A stretch of 64,000 nt of DNA from a virus (Duplodnaviria > Caudoviricetes): positions 64,001 through 128,000 of IMG/VR virus record IMGVR_UViG_3300033463_000013. One strand, given 5' to 3'. Below, one piece after another: positions 29,101 to 43,822 of the stretch. Made by a program: the position numbers and the translations under genes. The notes beneath the pieces were generated by a model, which worked only from the letters and a program-made list of their open reading frames with translations, was not told the origin of the DNA and ran no database searches. How positions within the stretch are numbered: the first letter of the stretch is position 1; each line of letters begins with the position of its first letter.

Positions 29101-32100
29101 ATTTAGAGTTTTGTTGAACGTGTTAAAGCAACTGGAATAGATTTTTCTGAAGCTGGTAAATATAGTGGTTCGTAGGTTGCTACTGGTATAGCTATTGGTA
29201 TTTCGGAAAATCTTGCTTCTGCAACTACTTAGGCTTCAGCCGGCGGTAATGCTATTATTGAAGCTTTAAAGAGCGGTATGGGAGTAGCCTCACCTTCTGT
29301 TCCGGCTATACAGGCAGCCAGATTTGTTATGTCTGGTGCAAAGATAGGATTAGAAGAAGGATTAGAGGAAGCTACAAATGCAGCAAAAGACGGCGGTGTT
29401 GCAATTGTTTCTGCTTTAAGAGAAGGGCTAGAATCTAAACCAGTAGATTTAAATACTCTAATTCCTTTTAAACAAGCAGAAGATTTGACTCAAATTGAAG
29501 ATTTAGATGCTTATTTAGAAGAGTTTAGAAATAGACGCACAAAACTATTAGAAGCATTTTAGTCAGATCCTGATTTATATGCTAGAACTATTCAAACTGA
29601 AGCAAAAGCATAGATTCAAAAAGTTGAATCCGCTGCTGAAAAGGATAGAACTGCAGCGACAGAAAGATTTCATCAAACAGAAGCTTATACAAATTATGCC
29701 GCACTTCGTAAGGAGATGTGGACTCCAGATAAATTTCAAACGGAAGAAGATGCGTAGAGACGCGCGAATGAATTAGCAGAAAAGATTGCAGAAGATAGAG
29801 CATTATTAAGTCCAGAGAAAATTACGGAAAAACGTAATGAAATTGCTGGTAAAATGTTACAAGAAGAGCAAAAAAAGCTTGGATTGGAGACTCTTCGATC
29901 ACACTATAGTTAGGCCATGTAGAATAATGGGCAACTTAAGCTTGGAGATAGAAAAATAACTGCAGATCAATTAAGAACTGAAATACAGGCCGTTGAAAAG
30001 CAAGCAAGATAGAATAGAGATGCAAGATCTGATGAAATTGAAGCAAAAGTTAGAGAAGAGTAGAATACAATTCGTTCACGTATTAGTGCCAATGAGGCTG
30101 AATATGACCGAGTAAGTGGGATTGCATTTAATGGAGTTAAATCACAATTTACTCCAGAACAATGGGAACGTTATCAAAATGCTTAGTCTGACTATAAGTT
30201 TGAAAAGAAGGCTTATGATGAAGAAATAAAAAAAATTAATGGAGATGAAGCAGCCGCTGTTGCCGCGGTAAGAGAGAGATTTAATCCATTAAAGAAAGAA
30301 AATATTGAAAGTACATTAAACAGTTCGTTTGGTTCAGCTTATGCTACTGCTGAATCTAGAGTTAATGAAGAAAAAGCACGTCGTGCTGAAATTCAAAAAC
30401 AAGAAGATGAACGTCGTCAGCAAGAAGAAGCGCGCAAACAAGAAGAAGAAGCGAAAAGATAGGCTGAAATTCAAAAACAACAAGAAGAAGAACGTAAACA
30501 ACAAGAAGAAATACGTAAATAGCAAGAAGAACAGCGTAGATAGCAAGAAGAGGCTCGTAGACAAGAAGAAGAAACTCGTAAATAGCAAGAAGCAGAAGAA
30601 GCTAAAAGGCAAGCTGAAATTCAAAGGTAGTAGGAAGAGGCGCGAAAGCAGCAAGAAGAAGCAGAATATCGCAAACAATATCCAGATCGAACTGAAAGTG
30701 ATGTTCGTGCAATGGCTACAGCTTATAAGAAAGAATAGGAACAGAAAAAGATTTTCGAAGAAGCACGTAGTCAACATGCAGATATTGATGCGCGTCGAAA
30801 AGGCGTTTATGAACAATATAGTGGTATTTATGGCGCGTTACATCGTAAAGAAAAAAATGCAGAATTAGATTATTTAAATTCACAAGAGCGATAGGGAGAT
30901 GCTGAGCGTCAATAGAGGCTTAGGGAAATTAATTACACTCGCGAAGATATGGCGTTAGTAGGATAGATAGGTACTTTAAAAGGTAGTGATTTAGAACTAT
31001 TCCGTCAATTAACTTCGCCGGGTGGATAGGAAAACATATAGGCGCCTGTATCTGTAACTCCTGATACATCTTCTGCTGAAGAGGCTGGTCAACAATTAGG
31101 TGAAACTGTAAAAGAAAAAGTTGAGGAAAATAAACCACAGGTCGGCGTAGACGTAAGTCAATAGGATAATACCGATGAATTAATTTCAAAATGGCAACGT
31201 TTAAAAGAAATTCAAGAATCTATTAAAAGTGGTACTGGGGATATTGATGCATTAAAGGATGAGAGAAAAGGACTAGTAAAAGATTTAAATACATCTTATA
31301 ATGTGTCTCCGGAAGCTATTTAGAAAAGGATTGACCAATTACAGCAGTAGCCAACAGAACAATAGTAGACAACTGTTTAGTAGCCATAGATTACTGGTGC
31401 AGACTAGGCCGGTACATAGGCTGGACAACAAGTTGCTAGTAGTGAGCAGGCGGCATTAGATAGTGCCCCGCCACAAGCTCCAGCGGTAGCAGGAACTTCT
31501 GAATCTGGAGAAACTGCTGGACAATAGGTATCTTAGGGCGAATAGGCTGCATTACAAAGTAATCCTCCACAACAGCCAGAAGTTTAGGGTACACCAGAAG
31601 CTGGATAGAAGGCTGGTGAATAGATGGCTGAAGCTGCATAGGCAGCATTTAAACCACCAGAATTATCTAATTCAGCATTTAATGTATTTGATTCCAATGG
31701 AATTCAATAGACAGTGGAATCTATTACTGCAATACTTGAAAAAATTGGTACAGTATCTGATGCATAGAAAGCAAAATTATTAGAACTATTTAATACCGAA
31801 GGAAAATTAGGAGATTTTGTAACAGAATATAATAAAGTTATCGGTATTACTGAACCGAGTAAACAAGGATAGCAAAGTACATTCGTTGCACCAACTGATG
31901 CAGTAGGCGCGAGTGTTTATAATAATCCAATGACCAATCCTATGGTCAGCATGAGTAGTTTCTCTGCGACTCCACCAGAAGTAGATACATCTGCATAGGT
32001 TGCACAAATTTAGGCATTAATTGATAAATTAGTAGAAATGAAGGCTATTACTGGAGAAAATGCTGATGCTATGCGAGCAATGCTTGAAGGGGCAAATCCT

Positions 32101-35100
32101 GCACAATTAACTGCGATGCAAGCTACTTTACAAAGTGCTCTGCGTCAAACTGGTAATACCGCTGTTGAAACTGGACAAAAAGTTTAGAATATGGGTAAGA
32201 GCTTCTAGACTATTGGTTCAGCTGTTCGTATGCTTTCTAGTATTACTGGATTAAGTAAGGAAGCTAAAGGTAGCATCATGGTTCTTGGTGGAGCTATTAC
32301 TGGTCTTGGTGCGGTTATTCAGCTAGTTCATAAAACTAGTAAAGCTGCAGCCGCTTCAAATCCATGGATGGCTATTGCAATGGCAATTGTTGCTGTTGTT
32401 AATGGTATTATGATGTTATTTGAAACTCCAGCGCAACGATTAGAACGTTTAAATGAAGAAGCTGATAAATTAAATACTAAAGCTAAAGAAGCTAAAGCGG
32501 ATTATAAAACTTTAGATAATACTTCTAAAAAATTAAAGGAATTAGAAGAAAAACGTTATGATAGTGCTGAAGCTACAGAAGAATATTAGACTGCAGTTGA
32601 TGAATTAGCGGAAAAGTTCCCTGGCTTAATTGAAGGTTTTGATGAAGCGGGGGAAGTTATTATTAGTACTTCTTCTTTAGAAGATGAGTTGGCCGCGGCT
32701 AGAGAAAGAACTGCTGATGCCACTTATAATGCTGCACGCGCTGAACGCGAGGCATTAGAAGAAAAATTAAAGTAGGATGTAGGAAAAATTAAAGCAGGAA
32801 ATATAAAAGCTGGCCCTTCCGTAAATGACGCATATGAAAAAGGTACTAGTCTTATGCAGGCCACTGGTGCAACGGTAGAATAGTTTTCATGGTAGTACTA
32901 GAAGGATCCGAAGAAGGATACCTGGCAAGAAGCTAGTAATAAATTTGCTTTCTTTGACTCAGACGATCTACGTACTGAAATGTTTACTAATCATGATTAT
33001 GCTAGTTATGATGGTGTATATACAAATATAAGTCTTGGATAGGGCGAGAATTACGTTACTGATTTAATTAATGGTGAATTTGATGAGGACTATGGTATCC
33101 CTGAGAAATATGATAGTTTCTTATCATTTTTACGTGATAGTAGATTTAGAGGTGCAGACGGTAATACTATTGATCTTCCTAAAATTTATAATTTCGTATC
33201 TGCATTAGAAAAAGGAACTTCAAGTTTATATGAGCTATCTGACGCAGAAAGAGAAGCATTAGGAATACAAGAAAGTGAATTAAATTAGTATTCCACTGTT
33301 TCTGAGTGGGCAGAAGCGCATGGAATGAACTATGATTGGCTTTCTTCTGGAAGAGACATCGGCGATGATATGCTTGCTTATTTTAGCGCAGTTGGCTTAA
33401 ATAATAATCAATCAGCTTTTGCATATGAAGATACTAGAAGCTTAGTAGATAATGCTGAATTATTGTCATCATTAAATAATTAGGAATTAATAGAAGGAAC
33501 TAGCAATGATATTGAACTTGTGGCGAAGGCGCGGGATGCCTTTTATAAAGCACGTTAGGAAGACGATTTATCAGCCATGCGCGCAGCGTGGGAAGATTTA
33601 TTAACTTTAGAACGTGCAATTGATCCAGACGATAACGCAATGGCATATCTACGGCTATGGTATGAAGAATTTCATGCCGAATTAGGTGATGTAGGCACTA
33701 TATTAAAAGATGCAACAAGTGATACAAAGTCACTTAGTGGCGCATATAAGAAGGAGATTAGCAGTAAATTTAAGTAGATTTTTGAAGGGGAATAGCGTTT
33801 TTTTGATGATGAATCTGGATTAAGTGGAATTATTACTTCTACTGTATATGACAGATTTACGGAAGAAAAAGAAAGAAATCCTAAATTAAAATTAGATGAA
33901 TGGTTAAGAACTAATGCTTATTCTATGGCTGACAAGTATGGTATTGTTATGGAAAAATTTTGGACTAGTCTTGGAGCGGATGAGCAAGAGTTATTAACTA
34001 CTATGCTTAAAGATACTGATTCTTATGATTTTGAAGATATAGTATAGCAATTTGGTATTCAGCCTGGTACTGAATTGTATACTATGTTAGAAGCATATTA
34101 TAAGAAAATATCTGGTAATATTTAGGAACGTTTAGCTAATAAATTTGAAAATTCTGATTTATTTACCTTGAATGATGAAGGAACTAATCAGGATATGGTG
34201 GCTTTGGGTGAAAAATTTAAAGCTCATGGAAAAACGGCCACAACAACATAGGAAGAACGTTTCTTAAATAAAGTGTATTCTGAAGTTGATACCTTAGCTT
34301 AGGCAGGTTATACACAAAAGGCAGTTGCATATGGAGAGAAAGCTTTAGCCTTACTTGATAGCGTAAATGGTATTACTGATGCAGTTACTAAAAACAAAGT
34401 GTTTGATTTAATTGAGAAAAATGGTATATCAACTATTGAAGGTATTGATGATACTATTAGATCAATTGAAAATGATGAAACAATTGACGCTGAAACAAAG
34501 ACTGCCATGATCACCGCGTTACAACAAACTAAAAAAGATTTAATTACTAATATAGGTTTAGCGTTATAGACTGCCGCAGATAGTTATTTAGAGGCCTGGA
34601 AAACTGATAGTAAAACATTAGGTAAATTAACTAGTGGTCTTGATTTGACCGATGTTGATACTTTAATTCAAAGTGATGCTGGTATTGATATGGGTCTTTC
34701 TATGGATGACTTTATTAGTGATGGTAATAAATTAGTATTAAAAGCTAACCAGGCTGAATTGTATATTAAATCATATTTTGAAGCATAGCGTACTAAGTTA
34801 GGTACTTATCGAGGTCAATTAGAAGCTGTTCTTGGTAAATGGGGTAAGAAAGGTGTAGATGGTAAAATTGATCCTGGTATGTATAATGATCGTATTTTAA
34901 ATCAGGATGCGCAAGCTGAAATCGAATCATTAATTGGTGTTGGTAATTTACAAACCTATGCTAGATGGGATGCAGCAGAACAATACTGGGTTGTTACTAA
35001 TGCCTAGGGATTAAATGATGCTATTACACAAGGCTATGATAATGCTAATTAGTAGTTAGAATTATATGGCAACTATTTAGATTGGTCTGAAGAATCTATT

Positions 35101-38100
35101 ATCAAATCAACCCAATGGAAAGCTGGTAATTATAGTTCATTAAAGAAAATATTTAAATTATCTGATACTGATAACGCAGGATTAGAACGTAATTTAAAAA
35201 CATTATTAAGAAGTGGCAGTGCGGCGTTAGAAGCATATAAAGACACTCCAGATGTAAAGAATGCTGTTACATAGATTCGTAGTGCGCTTTCTACTTTTAT
35301 GTCTGATGCTATTACAAAAGGTATAGATAAAATTGATATTGCTGATTATGAAGGCTTACCAACTTGGATTGTTTCAGATTTTAAGAAGACTGCTTTTAAG
35401 AGTAAATATGAATTTGTATAGAAATATGTTCAATATTTAGGCGATGATGTAGAAGCTATTAATGATATGATTATTTCTGCATTGGAAGCTGATAATGAGC
35501 GTACTTCTGGTGATGTAATTAAAGATCTTAATTTCTTTAGTGAGAGGTAGTTCTCTGCCACTGGTTCTGAACTTAAAACACTAGCAAATAAGTTTGGATT
35601 AAATTTAGCTGACTTATTTGCTCAAGGATATGCTTGGTATGATAAAGAATTGGGTGAATATGTTGTTAATTATCAAGCAATTGCTGCTAGTGGATTATAT
35701 CCAGATTTTGACTTAACTGCGGTTGAAGGTTTCCATGAAACTGTACAAGATAGCATTAATGAATTTTGGAATAAATTAGGTAGTTTAGTTAAAAAAGGTT
35801 TAACAGGATCATTATCTAATACTGAAGTAAAGTAGCTTAGAGAAATGGCAAAATAGACTCATTTTGGAGGAGAGTTAAATTTTGATCAAACTGCAGAAGG
35901 ATTAAGATTAAGTGAACAATCAGCATATGCTTTATATGGTCATTTAAAAAATACTAATTCCTTATAGGCTAATTTAATGTTCAAAGAAATGAAAGATGAC
36001 TTAATTGAAGCTGATGAACATTATTAGTCTATAAGTGCTAATACCGCGAGAATTGCTGTATTAGAGGGAAAAGTTAATACTGCAAAAGTAGTTGGACAAG
36101 GTTATTAGACTCAAGCGGGTAATGTAGATTTAGTTGCTCATGCTACGCATCAAATTACTGGTCAAGAGATGCGCGCTGCTGGTTGGAAGGAATATACTGA
36201 TACTGATTATGCTACACTTGATACTGTTACTTATAGTGGTAAAGAACATGGCACAAATGTAGTATTAAATATTACTCCAATTACTAATGATGGTACTGAA
36301 ATATTAAGTCCTGAAGATTTAGATGCCTATGCAGCGAGTTTATTAGAAGGCGGCGGCACTGCGGATGAGATTATGCTTCGTGATACTAAGCATTTAGTTA
36401 TGGGAGCTTGGGATGTTGATGTATCTAATAGTGACGCATTAGCAGACGGTCTTGCGCGGGCTGGAGAAGAAGCTAATAGATTGCATGAAGAATCTGATTT
36501 GATTGCTCAAAATATAGATTCATGGGATGCTCCTAATGATGCTCGTATTAAATAGTATGAACAAGAATTAGCTCTGGCAAAAGAAATTGAGCAAGTACGT
36601 TCTACTACTGAAGATTCTTCATTTGATTTTATGTCAAATAAGATTCCAGGTGCACAAAATAATCCAATTAAGTATTTTGAAAGCTGGGGCAAGGCTTGGA
36701 AAACATTAAAAGAAAGTTTTAAATCTACAACTGATAAGGGTATGATTGGTTATCAAGATTTCTATAATATTATGACAGAAATGGGTAATATTGCTAAGAA
36801 AAGTGGTGTTCCAATTAAACTTGGTTCAGAAATGTTTGTAGAAGATGCTGAGAGTGCGTCACGATTAATTGAGAAGGGCGCGAAATTTTTAACAGTTGCA
36901 TCTGATGGTTCTATTAAAGTAGATTTAAGTCAATTTGGTATTGATTTTGAAACTGGCGCCGCGGATATGAAAGACGGAGTTAATGCTGGTATTAAAGCCA
37001 TGGCTAAATCTTAGGTAGAAATGCTCGATGGTATGATTAAATTAATGGAAACTATCGTAGCAATGGAAAAATTAAAATCTGTAGATGTAAATGCAGATAA
37101 TAAAATTGACCTAGGAGAAATGTTTACATCTGTAGAGTTCAATACAGATGGTTCTATTGCGGCCCTTGGTGCATTTAAACAAGAGTGGTTAGATGCAAAA
37201 AATGATTTATTGGAGTTCCTTGATTCAGAAGATGGCGCAGATGTAAAAGCTGCAATGCAAAATACTAAAATTACATTTAATGGTATTACTCAATCCATGT
37301 ATGATTTATTCGATATTTCTGATGAAGAGTTAAATAACATGGATACTGCAGCTAAAGAGCGTTACCATGCTATTATGAGTGCTTTCTATAATGCAGCAAT
37401 GTCTGGTGATTATAGTAATGAAAGTATTATGCAATCTATTAAAGATGTATTAATTAGTACTGGATATGAAGGCGACATTGATATTGGTGATTTACATATT
37501 ACTATACATTAGGGAGTAGCTCTTGAACGTGATAGCGATAACAATTATGTAATTGGTGATTATAAAACTCCAGATCCAGATTAGGCTGTTCGAGCGGCCG
37601 CTTTATAGAATGCTGGTGTTGAGGAAATTACTGATTCTGCAAGCCATGTAGATTTTGGTACCGAAGTTGAACTATCTGGTGAATTAAAAGTTGGTAAAAA
37701 TCGCATTGCAGTGGGTTAGACTGATCAAGGAGATACAATTTATCATTCTAATACAACCGGTGGTAATTATGATTCAATGAGTGAATTAATTGCCGCGGAA
37801 TTTAAATTTAAACAAGATAATAATGAAACCGCGGCTGAAACTTTACCAGAATTTGAAATTGAAGCTGGTTATAAAATTATTCCTAAAATTACTGATGAAG
37901 GTGCAACAGTCACTAAAAATCAATTAAAGGCTTTAATTGGTAAATCTGCAGCCGATTTACAAAATGAATGGGGTTCAACCGAAAAAGAACATATTAAATT
38001 TAAAGCTAAATATGGTATTGAATGGGTAGAAGGTTCTACAGATGCTGATTTAGACGCATTAAGAGAAGCTAGCGGATTAGAAAGTAAAGTAGTAGATATT

Positions 38101-41100
38101 ACTGCCAATGTTGATGCTGGCGGTACTCATGAAAAACTTGTTGAAGCTATTGAATCTGGTAGTGCAGAAGTAAAAGTTAAGGTTACTTTAGATACTGAAG
38201 GCGCAGATCAATCTATTCTTAATTTACTTACTGGTAGCGCTAATCCTGGTGATGGGGGACAATCTCCAATTACATTCCCAGAAGGTTCGATAACTCCAGA
38301 CATTCCCGAAACGTTACCTGTCGAATCCGCTCCAAAATTAGAATATAAAGGTACTGATAAGATTGTACTTGATATTGGTGAGGCACCTGTTGAAGCTACT
38401 GTTAAAGGTGTAACTCCTGTTTTACCAGAAGGTACTACTGAATATAAATTATCAACAACCATACCTCAAATTAAAGGTGAAGCGATAGAGTTAGCAATTA
38501 CACCAGGTACTGTTGGTATTGGCAGCGATAATATTACATTGACTGATAAAGTATCAACTACTGGTACTACTGATTACATTAGTTTGAGTACTGATCCAGA
38601 TATTACAGCACAACTAGTCGGAGATGGCGATGATAATACTGTTGATGTAGGTTCAATTACTGGGGATATTGCTGGTACTGCAACTAATTTAATAATTAAT
38701 TCTGTGAGTTTTACACAATTAGGCGAAGACGCAGACGTAGAAATTTCTGATATGATTCCAGAAATCACTGGTGAAGCTACTACTTTAAAGATTACTGCAT
38801 AGAATACTGAGGTTGAAGGTGGTTTATCAAATACAGAAATTACTGCTATGCTAGAAGGCACAACCGTTAAAGTTACAGTTGATAAAGGTACTTCTATTAC
38901 AGATTTAGAAGCCGTTTAGACTGCGGCGGATGATACAGATGAAAAAGAACCAGAAGTCAGTGTTTCTACTGATGGAGAGGATGCGAAGTCAACGTTAAAT
39001 GACTTAATTACTTTAGCTCAACAATTAGCTGATATTGATCCATCTATTCTTATTACTGCTAGTGATCATGCTTCTAGTTTTATTTCAAATATTATTTCAA
39101 AATTAAGAGAATTAGATAACAAAACATTTACTGCAACAGTAAAAGCTCAAGTACAATCTGAGGGTGGCGGCAATGCTAGCGGTACTGTTGGTATGGCTAA
39201 AGCTGGCGGCACTTTAATGGGTGAACTTGGTCCAGAAATGGTTGTATCTAATGGACGATATTTTGTTGTAGGACAAAATGGACCAGAAATGGTAAATCTT
39301 GCTAGTGATGCTATAGTATTTAATCATTTATAGACTAAATCACTGCTTGCAAAAGGAATGTCTTCTACTCGTGGATAGGCCGTCACAAATGAACGTAATG
39401 CCGTTGCTTTTGCTACAGGTAATATCAATGGCGGACCTGCGATGGCAAGTGCTTCTTCAGTACTTGCTACTTTGAAGCAATTAAAAGCTCAGTGGGAAGC
39501 ATTAGCAAAACTTGATGTAGGCTCTCTCGCCGGCGCCGGAGGCGGTGGCGGTGGAGGCGGCGGTGGCGGAAATGACCAACAAGCCCGCGCTGCATGGATT
39601 ACTCAAGTTGAGCGTTGGTATAATTTAATGCAAAAAATTGCTCAATGCGAGAAAGATATTACTCATGAAGAAACACTACGTACAAAGCTTAATTCTGACT
39701 TTAATAAAAATGGTAAAGCATATTATGATAGTCAAATTAGAAGTTTAAAAGTTCTTCAAGATTAGATGATTGCTCAAGAAGAATTAAATATTTCTAAAAA
39801 AGAATACTTTAATCAACGTCGTGAGCAATTAAATACTGCAAATGGTCCGTTTAATCAGCTTTATTCGTTTGATGAAAATGGTTAGTTAAAGTATAATGAT
39901 AATTATCAATTTACCACTTCTGAAGGAAAACAACTAACTGGTGGATTTGCTTTCTTATCTGAATTAATGAAAGTAGACGAAATGGGTACACCAAAATATT
40001 CTTCTGAAGAATAGTATAATATGCTAGTGCAAGCTGGATTTAAAGATTTCATGCAATATGACACTTCTGGTAAAGAAATATTAAAGCCAGAAGATGAAAA
40101 GGGAGATATGAGTTCTTTCTATAGTTCTTCCATTCAAGCATTATTTGATCATATGAATGCATAGAAAGATGAAATGTAGAATTTACATGATACTATTGAA
40201 GAAGGAGAAAATAGTTTACTAGAATTACAAACTTAGTAGAATGAAATTCTAAAAGAAATTCGTGATAACTAGATGGCTGTTGAAGATGCTGTTCTTGAGG
40301 CAATTATTGATCAGCGTCAGCGCGCGATTGATAAATTAAGTGATGAACGTTCTGCTTTAGAAAAATCTACTTCTAAATATATTGAAGGTTTATCAGATGC
40401 ACTTAATAAAGAACGTGATATGTATGAACGTAATGAAAGTTCTGAAGAACTTAATAAAATGCGTAGATAGCTAGCTATTCTACAGCGTTCTGGTGGTTCA
40501 GGTAGTTAGATTAGTTCATTATAGACTTCTATCAGAACTAAAGAAAAAGATACATATTTTGAAGAACAATAGCGTTAGATTGATGCTATTCAAGAAGCAT
40601 CTGACTTACAACTTGAAAGACTAGATGCCCAAATTGAATTAATGACCGAAACTCTTGAATATGAAAAAGACCATGGGATGCTCTGGGAAGCGGTTTATCA
40701 AAAGATGGCTGAAACTCCAGAAGAAATTACAGCTTTCATAATGGAAGAAAATAGTAAATATTGGTCGATGTCTCCATTAAAGAGTTCTGAGGAAATGAAT
40801 AATATTTTATTCTAGTCTGAAGCTTGGACTGCTTTTAGAGACAGTCAAAACGAAGCTTTGAATAAGGCAAATGCCGCGTTAGCAGATGAGGGTACAACTA
40901 TTGCACAAGCCGTTTATGGTGCGGATAACTCCTGGTCTATCTTTACTACTGCAATGGGGAACTTATATGGTGATCAATGGGCTAAGTTAGCTTCTGATTA
41001 TAAGCCAATATTTGGCCAGAATATGGCGCAAACCGGAGATATCACTAAAGCTACTACTGATTTAACTACAAAGATAAGTTAGGATCTTGGAACATTAGGA

Positions 41101-41808
41101 GATAAATTAGTAAGTGCATTAAGTAAACCTGATCCAGTCAGTGTATCTCCTAATACTGATACTGATAATAATTCTTCTACATCGTCTAATACACCCGCAA
41201 CTCCAACTAAAAAGACCACTCCTCCTAAAAATAATACTATAACTGTTTATGAAGTAACAGTAAATGGTAAAACATAGACCTTTACCAATGAATCAGATGC
41301 ACAACGATATCGGTCAGCGGCTGCGGCTGGATATGGCAGTGCTCTTAGTGCTGGTTATTCATAGAGTGGAAAATCTCCAGCTGAAATTAAAAAATTAGCA
41401 GATGCATATATTGCGTCTAAAGTTTCAGGTGTAAAAAAAGTAACAAAGAAAAAAGCTAGTGGCGGTTATGTTAATCATGGTGTATACGAATTAGGTGAAT
41501 TAGGTACTGAAACAGTATTAACTGCAGGTTAGACTAAAATTTTACGTGATAATATTTTATCAGATAGACCAAATTCATTGTTATCATTACTTAAGAGTTA
41601 TAATGAAAATTATAATCATATTAATGATTATACTTAGAGTATGTCTAATGATGATGACAAATCTATTAATATTGAAAATGTATCCGTTAATATGAATATT
41701 GAAGAAATTGCAAATGATTATGACGCACAACGTGCTGGTGAGCAAGCAATGGCTAAGATAATTGAAATTGCACGCAAAACTAGCGCAAAGAATAGCATAA
41801 GGAGGTAA
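26125..41808 (+). CDS. Giant tail tape measure protein, about 5,227 aa (TAG=Gln)
   Basis: The TAG-terminated plus-strand fragments from 26389 to 41082 share one frame. TP901-type TMP core at about 27.4-28.3 kb (TTALRGF, IGSALKSI); GELGPE and GELGTE C-terminal motifs; TAA at 41806-41808. Frame spot-checked by hand, not every codon. Confidence 0.88.
30370..30670 (+). repeat. Coding repeat (R/K)(K/R)QQEE inside the TMP, single-alpha-helix-like
   Basis: Repeated CGTAAA(CAA/TAG)CAAGAAGAA units. Confidence 0.85.
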
Positions 41809-41815
41809 AAGGAGT

Positions 41816-43798
41816 ATGCCAACTATAAATTATATTGAGGGTTATGAACCTATAACAACTCGTGAAAAACGAGGACAAGTATATATGGCGACTCATAAAG
41901 GGGAGAATTATCTCCCCTTTATGAATCGTTCTTTTATTAGTTTTTCTTTTGGAGAACGAGATGGTACACCTGTTAATATTGAAGATTTTAATTTAATTGC
42001 TACAACAGATGGTGATAGAATTAAAAGAAACGGATTTTCAGATTTTGAAGATTTGGTTACTTCTTATGATATTCTTGATGGTCAATTTTATTGGGGCACA
42101 TACTATAAAAATAATTCATTGTCATTAACCTTATCTACAGATGGTATATCCCAAGAACAGTTAGATGATTTTTTACATTGGTTTTAGGCTGGAAAAATTC
42201 GTGAATTAGTTTTAGCGGAGCATCCTAATCGCGCGGTGATGGCTCGTGTGTCATCACCGCCGGGCCTATCTTTATTACCATTCGAATTACCAGCTACAGT
42301 TACAATTGCTGGTAAAACATATAAGACTAGTACCACATTATGGAAAGGTGATATTTCATTAGAATTCGTTATGGATGAGCCTTTTTGGTACTCTAAAGTT
42401 AATATATTTGGAAAAAGAGATACTAATGGTGTATATCATGATACATGGACGGACGCCAATGGAAATTTAATTAATGTATTGAATGAAAATGTTAATCAAG
42501 ATGTTATGAAAATTGTTTTAGAAGATGGTATTCCAATTAGCAGTATGCTTACATCTTCTATGATTTTAGGTAATAATATCTATGCTAATTTAGATGACGG
42601 GTATGATGGCATGATCGCGCGTGATACTATTTATGTTACATTTACGCGTGATAATGATAATATTATTGTTTATTTAGGTACTGGTGATTATATTAGACAT
42701 GAGTTAATCACATTTGTAGTTGATGAGCAATTACCAATAGAATCTATTGCGGATTATTTACCGAGTATTAATAAAGCTACTACAAGTATTGCTCCTGTAT
42801 ATAGTATTTATAATGTTCCTGAGATTACTTATACGAGTTTATATGATACAATAAATATGGCTTTAAATACTTATGGAGAAGAATCATATGCATATGCTGA
42901 TATGGACACTACAGAATAGTGTATTATTGCAGAAATATTACAAGATGGTTCAGTATATGGAGCATTGATTTCTGGTCCGCATATGTCAGAATCTACTGGT
43001 ATATTAAATTTAACTCCTGGAGAATATGGATATTTTTACTATTGTGGAACTGCACCATCGCCTGTAGAATTAACATTTACATTAACTCCAAAAATGAGTG
43101 AGAACTATATCTCGATTCCTCAAAATAGTTATAAACATGAAACAAATGAATTTCCATATAATACTATTACTATTGAAAGTATTCATAAACAGGAATTAAG
43201 ATTCACCACTCCTGGAATTTATTCTGCTTATAATAAAGTAATTGAAATTTTCAAAAATATTCAGACAGCATAGGACTGGGTAGCTGTGCGTGAAGATATA
43301 CGTTTAGATGTGCATCATCCGGCGGTACGCGCATGGGCAAATAAAGTTATTGATTATTTAGATAAAAATGCTACGGGTACCATTTAGGAAACTGATAAAA
43401 TTGTTGCCCAAGCTTGTATGACTTATATGTTTAAAACGTATGAAACAGGAGCGGAAAATAATTTACTATCTGGTACATATACTTTTAATAGTAAAACTGG
43501 AAAAGCTACTGGAAAAATTAAGTATCGTATACCATAGGTTGAATTACCAGAAGATTTTAATGGATGGGTAACTTATGGTGAAATTATGAATGAAAATAAT
43601 AATGTAAAAGAAGAAGATATTGGCGATATGGTTAAATCTAACTACCTTATTATAAGAGATAGAAATTATCCGGATAAAATTAATGGTAATATTAATAAAT
43701 GGACAGAAAATTCCAAAGATGCATCTCATCGTATTTATGATGATGTAGATGGCGGCTTATAGAATGTAATTATTAAATATAAAAATTTATATCTGTAA
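41816..43798 (+). CDS. Distal tail (Dit-like) protein with insertions, 660 aa (TAG=Gln)
   Basis: Follows the TMP; joins three ORF fragments over TAGs; FISFSF, DGQFYWG and F...EPFWYS motifs. Confidence 0.75.
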
Positions 43799-43822
43799 TG
43801 AGGTAAAAGGAGGAGATATGAT

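Noticed and set aside
17745-38861. Alternative-frame and minus-strand ORFs such as 17745..18110, 30329..30868 and 30334..30816
   Set aside because: Low-complexity shadows of the EEPAA and RKQQEE coding repeats or of the TMP frame.
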